Shown: positions 34,601-43,617 of the stretch, one piece after another
Layout of the letters: every line of letters begins with the position of its first letter
Position numbering within the stretch: the stretch's first letter is position 1
Assembly: GCA_040954595.2 (NCBI GenBank)
Contig: CM082582.2
Location: forward strand, 558,001 to 622,000
Reading direction: 5' to 3'
Source of the DNA: Balanoglossus misakiensis
Lineage: Eukaryota; Animalia; Hemichordata
Length of the DNA: 64,000 nt
Notes under the pieces: generated by a model
What the model saw: only the letters and a program-made list of their open reading frames with translations
Databases searched by the model: none
Told to the model about the DNA's origin: nothing
Made by a program: the position numbers and the translations under genes

Positions 34601-36901
34601 CAGAGAGCGTATGGGGCAGTAGTGTATTTGAAAAGAGGACAGCAAACGTCGTTTGTGATGGCGAAGACTAGAACCGCACCAGTGGCTGAAACTACACTCC
34701 CGCGACTGGAATTGATGGCTGCGTTAATAGCCACACGTCTCAGCAAGTACGCTAAAGAAGCCCTGTCCTCCAAATATGACATAGTTCGTTGTTATTTATG
34801 GAGTGACAGCCAAATTGTCCTTCACTGGCTGAACAGTGAGAAGAGACTTCCGGTGTTTGTGAAGAATCGAGTAGATGAAATTCGCGAATTTCAGGCAACA
34901 AAGAAATACTGCCCATCAGAACACAACCCAGCTGATCTTTTAACCAGAGGGGTAACCTACGAAATGATGGAACGCTCTGAACTATGGCGTAATGGACCAA
35001 CATGGCTAAAGACAAGCGATTGGCCTAGTTGCCCAGCATTTGATGTTAATGTGATGCATACCGCAATCGAACCAGATGAGACGGACAGATTGCCGCCGCG
35101 TTTCGGCAACGGAATCAACGATCAGTCTACCGAGAACGCAGAAATACTCGCTCCCCCCAAAGCCAGACGATGTACAGATCGCGAAAATCTGGAAATTACC
35201 AGTCCCAATGACTACGGAATTCAACACGTTGTTGACATTTCCAGATTCAACAACTTGGATAGGCTATTACGAGTGACAAGTTATGTCCTCAGATTCATCG
35301 CACGGATGAAAAAATCTACCGAGGTGAAACACGGGAGAATTACCCCTTATGAGCTGCACCGAGCGGAAAATATGTGGGTTAAACATATTCAACGGCACTT
35401 CTATGACGCCGAAATCCAGTCTGTGAAATTGAACTTGAGTAAATGTGCGCCCATTGTTCGACAACTGAACTTATTTGTTGACGAAGAAGACGTACTTCTC
35501 TGTGGGAGTAGAATCCATAACGCGCCGATCGATTTCGTCACAAGATTTCCCGCCTTGATACCCTCGCATCATAAATTGACAAATTTGATAATACGGAAAT
35601 CACACGAACTGAAGCTTCACCAGGGAGTCCAATCTACAGTGACACAGATAAGGCAAAGATATTGGATCCCCAAAATTCGGATTATTGTACGCGGTGTCTT
35701 ACGTGGTTGTGTCATTTGCAACAAAGTTACCGGGAAACCTTACGCGAATCCAGTGCAAGCGCCGCTACCAAGTTATCGAGTGAACATTGTCCCAGCATTT
35801 ACTGTAACAGGCGTGGATTTCACGGGTCATCTTTATACCAAGGCCAAAGATGGGACACGTGCCAAAGCCTATATCTGTTTATTCACCTGTGCGGTGACGC
35901 GTGCCATTCACCTAGAACTGGTTCCTGATATGTCAACCCAGACGTTCATGCACGCGTTCAGAAGATTCGCCGCGAGACGTTCTTTGCCGAGTAGGATGCT
36001 GTCAGACAACGCATCGACTTATTTATCGGCTGCCAATGAAATCAAAACACTGTTTGATACGCCAGAAGTAAATGACTTTCTCGCCGCACATCGTGTACAA
36101 TGGACGTTTATACCGAAGCGCGCGCCCTGGTTTGGTGGCTTCTGGGAGAGGCTGATTGCTTTGACAAAGAACGCTATTAGGAAAACTCTCGGTCGAGCTT
36201 ACCTAACCTTTGATGAACTCGCAACAGTTGTGACTGAAATTGAAGCCGTTTTAAACGACAGGCCGTTAACGTACGTGTCATCCAGTATAAACGACAACAT
36301 TGGATTGACCCCAAATCACTTGCTACATGGCAGGACACTGACCTCATTGCCGTACATCGAGATCACCGACGAAGAGGTGATTGACCCATCTTACTGTGAT
36401 AATCGTGAAATCAACAAAAGATATGAACATCTATCAAGATTACACGATCAATTTTGGCGAAGATGGTCGTCCGAGTATCTGACTGCCCTACGTGAACGAC
36501 ATCCCACCAAAGGAACTCGTGATAATGTCATCAAGGTCGGAGATGTCGTGATAATACACAGTGACACTGACAAACGTCCGAAATGGCATTTAGGAACTGT
36601 AACAAGGTTGATCTTCGGTAATGATAAACTGGTACGATCTGCGGAGTTGAGCACCGCAGGTGGTCCTACAAACCGACCTATCCATAAATTGTACCCATTG
36701 GAAGTTGTCTCCAAGGAGCTGTCAACTGTGTCTGGAGATAATACAGGTATTGGAGCAGATTCCAACACGAATACTGAAACAGTCGACACAGCTGGAGCCT
36801 CTGAAGATTCCTCGGTGAAGGCGGATGTTGTACCCCCGAGACGACCTGTCAGAGACTCTTCAGTTGCCGCTCGAGTACGAATAGCGGATCTCTCTATTTG
36901 A
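31649..36901 (+). CDS. BEL/Pao Gag-Pol polyprotein (DUF1759-type gag, three Cys/His knuckles, protease, RT, RNase H, integrase)
   Basis: LPKLQLQTFSG..EW..F; CPFCKGSHFASNC, CFNCFGKHRVAEC, CRKCRKRHHSALH; LFDEGA; DIEKAFL, YVDN; HAFADAS, PRLELMAA, WSDSQIVL, NPADLLTRG; H..H/CVIC; GVDFTG, SDNAS, GGFWERL; FWRRWSSEYL. The PR-RT-RH-IN order and motifs are typical of BEL/Pao. Confidence 0.96.
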   Translation: MRTTTTSTGNVTGSSLGNATPRKTVTLPKLQLQTFSGNVIEWSSFFDVFKSSIHSDTNLDNIQKFTYLRSVLKDEAARTINGLPLTESNYSHAIDLLTERYGQTHLIVDAHMTALWNLQSPTADVQSLRHLYDSIENHVRGLQLLGKEETTYGELLVPIIREKLPPNIREQIARKHGNAAWTLADLRKAIQHEINALQAGNRVDEITMATTREPEITAFHTKTQMTGKQKFRAPVKTCPFCKGSHFASNCTVVTDTRERLDIVKKDRLCFNCFGKHRVAECKSKYSCRKCRKRHHSALHYDVPTATTTPTGESSSPSPSSSTSDVKVTLTNTDTFTDKKINTGPVLLKTAFVPLSVGRGTPIHAVILFDEGANKTFVTERFARQLSAKATRHEHIKLSTFGGKDSKVRTMGFTELTAHELNGNTSTIHAMIIPEISSDLTNHISQEVHNMSHLKGLPFAHPVSSDQSWPIDVLIGADQYWNFVGSHVISGASGPTAVSSKFGYLLSGPLGTPKVDSNAHILHVISTADTSNVVSENSINGLHGDRATDMYTQMDSTAIGREPQVQNMWDLELIGIQDNPTVDEQLTYESYRDTHLRVDRGKYVAKLPWKEDHPPLPTNYDVAMKRTRNMIRRLPSELIKKYDDIINEQRRRDFIGEVDEDDVNIGHYLPHRPVVKNSTTTPIRIVYDCSCKKDSNYPSLNDCLQTGPSLINDLPAILLRYRANNIAFTADIEKAFLNIRLEEDERKFTKFLWLSDINDPESDFITLQFKSVLFGAVCSPFILNAVIKTHLENNSQLPTADRLGNNIYVDNVIDEVDTAENAMKYYHEANELMTSGGFKLRAWSSNCQQINELATCDNLNEPTEDVSVLGMQWSTKSDELTYSKVVNMSSRAELVTKRDIVSYVALLFDPFGFLAPVMIKAKLFIQLLWKLELDWDEPINADLYTQWMHIAEDLKDSRNTKIERQYFDELEGDNECELHAFADASQRAYGAVVYLKRGQQTSFVMAKTRTAPVAETTLPRLELMAALIATRLSKYAKEALSSKYDIVRCYLWSDSQIVLHWLNSEKRLPVFVKNRVDEIREFQATKKYCPSEHNPADLLTRGVTYEMMERSELWRNGPTWLKTSDWPSCPAFDVNVMHTAIEPDETDRLPPRFGNGINDQSTENAEILAPPKARRCTDRENLEITSPNDYGIQHVVDISRFNNLDRLLRVTSYVLRFIARMKKSTEVKHGRITPYELHRAENMWVKHIQRHFYDAEIQSVKLNLSKCAPIVRQLNLFVDEEDVLLCGSRIHNAPIDFVTRFPALIPSHHKLTNLIIRKSHELKLHQGVQSTVTQIRQRYWIPKIRIIVRGVLRGCVICNKVTGKPYANPVQAPLPSYRVNIVPAFTVTGVDFTGHLYTKAKDGTRAKAYICLFTCAVTRAIHLELVPDMSTQTFMHAFRRFAARRSLPSRMLSDNASTYLSAANEIKTLFDTPEVNDFLAAHRVQWTFIPKRAPWFGGFWERLIALTKNAIRKTLGRAYLTFDELATVVTEIEAVLNDRPLTYVSSSINDNIGLTPNHLLHGRTLTSLPYIEITDEEVIDPSYCDNREINKRYEHLSRLHDQFWRRWSSEYLTALRERHPTKGTRDNVIKVGDVVIIHSDTDKRPKWHLGTVTRLIFGNDKLVRSAELSTAGGPTNRPIHKLYPLEVVSKELSTVSGDNTGIGADSNTNTETVDTAGASEDSSVKADVVPPRRPVRDSSVAARVRIADLSI

Positions 36902-37073
36902 CTTTGAAATTGGAAAACAATTTCGATCGCATTGTGACTGTTATCATGTTTACTGACACAATGAACATTAGTTTATTATCCTTGAACACTTTAGGTGACT
37001 TTAATCATATTTCATGTTATTTGATGTTTTTTTTTCTGATGATTTTCGAGACTTTCCTTTGCGCGGGGGAGAA

Positions 37074-37401
37074 TATGGAGAAGTGAGAGATTTACTCCAG
37101 AAGGATCACGTGACGGAAACTCTTACCCTATCAGAGTTAACTTTGTTTCCCGCCAAACTTTATACTTGTAGCAGATTTATTGTAATTTTTGAGTGTTTGC
37201 TCCGGCGTTCGTGGGACTTATATATAACCCAGTTTTGGCGCTTTCGTGCAGCTTTTTGTAAGGAGCTCTGTGGTGTTACTTTGTTGTTGGATTCAGATGG
37301 TAATAAACCAGTGTTTTACCTAGCACTGAATCGTTCGCTTCTTTTCCGACGTCAGTATACTCGAACCCCCTCCCGGGAGTATTGATCACTGCCACGATAC
37401 T
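37074..37401 (+). repeat. 3' LTR of the BEL/Pao element
   Basis: Begins immediately after the PPT (TAT.. instead of canonical TGT..), contains TATATAA (~37219) and AATAAA (~37302), and ends ...gatac(t) before satellite sequence. The ends are approximate because no second LTR is available for comparison. Confidence 0.75.
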
Positions 37402-38751
37402 TCCCCACAATTTGGTCAAAATGGTAAATTTTTGAAAATTACAAAAAATACCCGTTTTCTACATTTTTGAAAATCTGAGTATAAAATGCTCTTCGTAACT
37501 ATGTATATATCGATACAAATTCCACAAAAGACAGTCTAATATGGCTCACTGCAGACAAAATTGCGTTTTACCAAATTTTCCTTGAAAATGTCATTTTTAG
37601 AAAAATAAATAAAAAAACCTTTGTTCTTCGAATTTGGTGCCCTGATCATATATGACATGTTGATTGTATGTTAAAACTTACGACCACTCCAAAAATGCAG
37701 AGATATTGTAACTCTTTTCTTCATTTTCGGAAATATTATGGAGCATGAAGTGTCGTTCTCTGTAAAAAGTGCTGCAAATTCCAGAAAAGGCGGTATAATT
37801 TGAATCACCCAAGACAAAATTACCATTTTCGACTTTTTTTCGGAAAATTGTCTTTTTTACGAAATAAATAAGAATAAATTCTTTTCTTAGTTTCAAATGG
37901 GTAGAGATACTTTCCACACGGGTTTTCTAACATTGAATTCCCGTTCATCAACTCAGATTTCCTACAGCATAAGTCGGCTAAAACCCTGACACTCTAGAGC
38001 AGAAACAGTTGCACACTGGTAACTTTGAACAAGTCGATTTTTCTACGGCCTGGCTCGGCTAAATCTCCGTCACAACATGACAGACACTAGCGTACGTTAG
38101 CAATGGTGATCAAGTCAGATTTTCTACGGCATGGCTTGGATAAAGCCCAGGCACTCTAGAGCAGAAACACGCGTACAGAGACCACGTTGATCAAGTCTGA
38201 TCTCCTACGGCTTGGCTCGACTAAAACCCAGGCACACTATGACAGACACTAGCGTTCGTTAGCAACGTTGATCAAGTCAGATTTCCTACGGCATGGCTTG
38301 GCTAAAGCCCTGGCACTCTAGAGCAGAAACACGCGTACAGAGACCACGTTGATCTACTCACATTTCCTTCGGCCAGGCACGGCTGATGCCCCGGCACTAT
38401 ATATAGGACACAGACTGGCGTAAGTTAACAACGGTAATCACGTCGGGTTTCCTACGGCCTGGCTCAGCTGAAGCCCCGGCACTCTAGAGCAGAAACAGGC
38501 GTACATTGACCACGTTGATCAAGTCAGATTTCCTACGGCGTGACTCCGCTGGTGCACCGGCTCTATATGACACAGACTGGCGTAAGTTATCAACGGTGAT
38601 TACGTCGGATTTCATACGGCCTGGTTTAGCTGAAGCCCCGGCACTTTAGAGCGGAAAGACGCGTACATTGACCACGATGATCAAGTCAGATCTCCTACGG
38701 CCTGGCTCGACTAAAACTCCGGCACACCATGACAGACACTAGCGTTTGTTA

Positions 38752-39713
38752 CAACACTACATGTGACCAGACTCTTTGTTCTCTTGGGACATTATCTATG
38801 ATAATGCACTGGTACCAGTGCAATATCTGGATATTGCACTGCACCTGGCATAATAAGATTCACTACAACAAACAAGATAGCTTTGACAGGAAGTGCTGCC
38901 TCCGGCGGGAAGAACTGCTTCCAGGTGCACACACTTGGTTCGTCCATCTTTCTTTGTCGTGATCTCTGCGCTGCAGGGCTCAACCTTTGGTTGGGGGTTC
39001 GTTTCTACCTCACACACGGATTCACCTGAAAGCTTGATTTTTTTCGACGTACCAAAACTTCCCTGAAGTGCCTACGCTGACGTACAATCGAACATTCCTG
39101 ATCAATATAAAACTACAAATTTACAAGTTCCGAGGAAAATGACAGAAAAATGGTACTTACAGACTGAGGATGTGCGCAATGGCGGCTGCAGGCCAGGAGA
39201 AAGGCACCCTTGATTTTCTGCAGGACACTTTCCATGACCGATGGTTTATGTACATTCTCTTCAATGAAGCTACCAAAATCTTGGAAAATCCAGTCCATAT
39301 CGTAAAAGCTACGCCCTTCGCTTTCGCTTGGGTGTCGGAACGTGCTCCATGGGTAATGAAAAGCTCGTGCTCGACGCTACTTTCGGCCATGGTGTTTGTC
39401 TGTCGAAGGTTGAGTTCCGAATGATGATGGAAACGTGGCACCTCAATGACCACGTGACAAATGCCCTGGTTGACAAGTATCCAATCGAAATGAGTCATAC
39501 ACCAGGTGTATTTTGCGACGCTTGTGATTGGTTGATGTGGTTGAGAAGTTGTTTAGCATATATCAAGATCACAGATGTTGCGACGTATTGTAAGCCGGAT
39601 AATGTACTCGTGTCGTGCAATCGTTCAGATATTGAACGACACTCGGGCCTGCGGCCCTCGTGTCGTTCAATATCTGAACGATTGCACTCCACTCGTACAT
39701 TATCCTTTACTTA
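38752..39713 (-). mobile_element. Non-autonomous Crypton-like (CryptonV-type) DNA element fragment inserted in an 81-bp monomer
   Basis: Non-satellite ~960 bp flanked by TTA on both sides (ttgTTA|caac ... tacTTA|gcaacg). The minus-strand end reads TAAGTAAAGGATAATGTAC plus a long hairpin, like Crypton-type termini as I recall them. There is a short ORF start MAESSVEHELFITH and a GTAAGT donor at 39160, but no recombinase ORF. Confidence 0.6.
39597..39705. other. Terminal hairpin with a 28-bp perfect core, three tandem mismatches and a 3-nt loop
   Basis: 39615-39642 is the exact reverse complement of 39660-39687. The flanking stems GGATAATGTAC/GTACATTATCC, GTG/CAC and GGGCC/GGCCC are each separated by TC/TC mismatches; the loop is TGC. 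Confidence 0.95.
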
Positions 39714-42700
39714 GCAACGTTGATCAAGTCAGATTTCCTACGGCACGGTTCGACTAAAAACCCGGCACACCATGACAGACACTACCGTTCGTTAGCAACG
39801 GAGATCAAGTCGGATTTCCTTCGGCCTGGCTCTGCAAAAGACCCGACACTCTAGTACAAAGACGTTGGCTAAGTCGGGCAAACCGAAGAGGGAAAGTCAC
39901 AGCGGCTCAATCGTCGACATTTGTTCGGGTAGGACTGCATTATTGCCCGTCAATTTATTGAGAAAGCCCGAATTTAACCAGGGCGTTTCAAACACCGACG
40001 TTAGTTGGGGGCACGGCCTGCAGTACTGCCGGGTAAGCTGACATCGGCGTACCGCATATAATGTAGGGGGGGGGGGGGAACAGAACGGTTCAATACTACA
40101 TTTATTAGATATCAGCTAATTTTGGACAATCATCTAAAATCTAAATCATTTTTACATATTTGGATATCTGATGATGTATGAATTTTCCATTATATGTTTA
40201 AATGGTGCTGATTATAAAAAATGCACTCTGAATGAGCTGATTTAATACAAAATTGCGTTTTATTCGTTTTTGCACCAAAAAGGTCATTTTTAGGTAAAAC
40301 ATTCTTTATTTTATTAATTCGGTGACCTGATCATATATAAACAATTGCTTGTATGTTAACATTTTTTATGACTTTTAAAAGCAGTGACACTGGCGGCATT
40401 CAACACGAAAATAACAATTTTAGCCACAATTTGGTCAAAATGGTAATTGTTTGAAAATTACAAAAAATACCTGTTTTCTACATTTTCGGAAATCTGATGG
40501 AGTATAGAATGCTCTTCGTATGTATATATCGATACAAATTCCACAAAAGAGCGCCTAATTTGGCTCACTGCAGACAAAATTGCGATTTACCAAATTTTCC
40601 TTGAAAATGTCATTTTTAGAAAAAAAAAAAAAAAACCTTTGTTCTTCGAATTTGGTGCCCTGATCATATATTACATGTTGATTGTATGTTAAGACTTTCG
40701 ACCACTCCAAAAATGCAGAGATATTGACGGAATTCAAGAAAAAATAGCCATTTTGGCCATATTTTGACAAAAATGGTAAATTTTTAAAAACACATAAAAA
40801 ATTAACTCTTTTCTTCATTTTCGGAAATATTATGGAGCATGAAGTGTCATTCTCTTGTAAAAAGTGCTGCAAATTCCAGAAAAGGCGGTATAATTTGAAT
40901 CACCCAAGACAAAATTACCATTTTCGTCTTTTTTCGAAAAATTGTCTTTTTCACAAAATAAATAAGAATAAATTCTTTTCTTAGTTTCAAACGGGTAGAG
41001 ATACTTTCCACACGGGTTTTCTAACATTGAATTCCCGTTCATCAACTCAGATTTCCTACAGAATAAGTCGGATAAAACCCTGACACTCTAGAGCAGAAAC
41101 AGTTGCACACTGGTAACGTTGAACAAGTCGATTTTTCTACGGCCTGGCTCGGCTAAATCTCCGTCACAATATGACAGACACTAGCGTACGTTAGCAACGG
41201 TGATCATGTCAGATTTTCAACGACATGGCTTGGATAAAGCCCCGGCACTCTAGAGCAGAAACACGCGTACAGAGACCACGTTGATCTACTCACATTTCCT
41301 TCGGCCTGGCACGGCTGATGCCCCGGCACTATATATAGGACACAGACTGGCGTAAGTTAACAACGGTAATCACGTCGGGTTTCCTTCGGCCTGGCTCAGC
41401 TGAAGCCCCGGCACTCTAGAGCAGAAACAGGCGTACATTGACCACGTTGATCAAGTCAGATTTCCTACGGCGTGACTCGGCTGGTGCACCGGCTCTATAT
41501 GACACAGACTGGCGTAAGTTATCAACGGTGATTACGTCGGATTTCCTACGGCCTGGTTTAGCTGAAGCCCCGGCACTTTAGAGCGGAAACACGCGTACAT
41601 TGACCACGATGATCAAGTCAGATCTCCTACGGCCTGGCTCGACTAAAACCCCGGCACACCATGACAGACACTAGCGTTCGTTAGCAACGGTGATCAAGTT
41701 GGATTTCCTTCGGCCTGGCTCTGCAAAAGACCCGACACATTAGTACAAAGACGTTGGCTAAGTCGGGCAAACCGAAGACGGAAAGTCACAGCGGGTCAAC
41801 ACTCAACATTTGTTCGGGTAGGACTGCATTATTGCCTGTCAATTTATAGAGAAAGCTCGAATTTAACCAGGGCGTTTCAAACACCGAAGTTAGTTGGGGG
41901 CACGGCCTGCAGTACTGCCGGGTAAGCTGACATCGGCGTACCGCATGTAATGTAGGGGGGGGGGGGACAGAACGGTTCAATACTACATTTATCAGATATC
42001 AGCTAATTTTGGACAATCATCTTAAATATATCTAATTCATTTTTTCATATTTGGATATCTGATGATGTATGAAATTTCCATTATATGTAAAAATGGTGCT
42101 GATTATAAAAATGCACTCTGAATGAGCTGATTTAATACAAAATTGCGTTTTATTCGTTTTTGCACCAAAAAGGTCATTTTTAGGCAAAACATTCTTTATT
42201 TTTTTAATTCGGTGACCTGATCATATATAAACAACATGCTTGTATGTTAAAAGTTTTTATGACTTTTAAAAGCAGTGACACTGGCGGCATTCAACACGAA
42301 AATAACAATTTTAGCCACAATTTGGTCAAAATGGTAAATTTTTGAAAATTACAAAAAATACCTGTTTTCTACATTTTCGGAAATCTGATTGAGTATAGAA
42401 TGGTCTTCGTATGTATATATCGATACAAATTCCACAAAATACCGTCTAATTTGGCTCACTGCAGACAAAATTGCGTTTTACCAAATTTTCCTTGAAAATG
42501 TCATTTTTAGAAAAAAAAAAAAAAAACCTTTGTTCTTCGATTTTGGTGCCCTGATCATATATGACATGTTGATTGTATGTTAAAACTTTCGACCACTCCA
42601 AAAATGCAGAGATATTGACGGAATTCAAGAAAAAATAGCCATTTTTGCCATATTTTGACAAAAATGGTAAATTTTAAAAAAATCTTAAAAAATTAACTCT

Positions 42701-43617
42701 TTTCTTCATTTTCGGAAATATTATGGAGCATGAAGTGTCGTTCTCTTGTAAAAAGTGCTGCAAATTCCAGAAAAAGCGGTATAATTTGAATCACCCAAGA
42801 CAAAATTACCATTTTCGACATTTTTCGAAAAATTGTCTTTTTTACAAAATAAATAAGAATAAATTCTTTTCTTAGTTTCAAACGGGTAGAGATACTTTCC
42901 ACACGTGTTTTCTAACATTGAATTCCCGTTCATCAACTCAGATTTCCTACAGCATAAGTCGGCTAAAACCCTGACACTCTAGAGCAGAAACAGTTGCACA
43001 CTGGTAACGTTGAACAAGTCGATTTTTCTACGGCCTGGCTCGGCTAAATCTCCGTCACAATATGACAGACACTAGCGTACGTTAGCAACGGTGATCAAGT
43101 CAGATTTTCTACGGCATGGCTTGGATAAAGCCCCGGCACTCTAGAGCAGAAACACGCGTACAGAGACCACGTTGATCAAGTCTGATCTCCTACGGCTTGG
43201 CTCGACTAAAACCCCGGCACACTATGACAGACACTAGCGTTCGTTAGCAACGAACACGATTGGGAATATTTTGGGATAATTGGATTTGGTACAGTTTGCC
43301 AAAAATGATGGAAAAATATGTTACCAGACTGTAATTTTCACTACAGGCTGAGTTAAATTGCTTAATTTAAACCACTCTGCTGTGCAATTAAATTTCTTTC
43401 ATTTTTTTTCATATTATCCAGCCAAACGTAACACTTTTATAAATGTCAAAGAATATATATATAATGAAAAATTGAAAAGCTTCCACTATCATAGAATAAT
43501 GTCTACATGTATGAAATTACATTTTTTTCATCATTTACCTATTTTTAATTTTTGAGTGTTGTCAAGTTGCAACAGCATGTGTAAATGGCCTTATTCTAAC
43601 TTATATTGAATAAATAC

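Larger units (their letters stand above)
31560..37401 (+). mobile_element. BEL/Pao LTR retrotransposon lacking its 5' LTR and the start of gag
   Basis: The satellite stops at 31559 and runs directly into gag-like coding sequence (EENETSGDYQA*IFEH..., in frame with the long ORF). A polypurine tract gcgcgggggagaa at 37061-37073 is followed by a single LTR. The satellite resumes at ~37405 in a different phase. Confidence 0.93.
1..43252. repeat. Composite tandem satellite, ~2.05-kb unit (range ~1.88-2.4 kb), forward orientation to ~17490 and reverse thereafter, interrupted by three kinds of TE
   Basis: Near-identical blocks recur with a period of 2047-2052 bp (e.g. 1758, 3805, 5857). Poly-C tracts at ~641, 2691, 4738, 6784, 13460 and 15517 are mirrored by poly-G tracts at ~19255, 25944, 27995, 29880, 40066 and 41955. 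The array ends abruptly at ...cgttagcaacg|aacac (43252). Confidence 0.97.

Noticed and set aside
31609-36789. Antisense and alternate-frame ORFs within BEL pol and the LINE ORFs
   Set aside because: They are shadow ORFs overlapping well-supported coding frames and carry no motifs.
418-43000. Recurrent 60-80 aa ORFs (MESISTRLKL..., MPKNDLFG..., MSKYGQNG..., MFCLKMTF...)
   Set aside because: They are chance ORFs in AT-rich satellite, mostly with non-ATG starts, with frames that change between units through homopolymer indels and no domain motifs.
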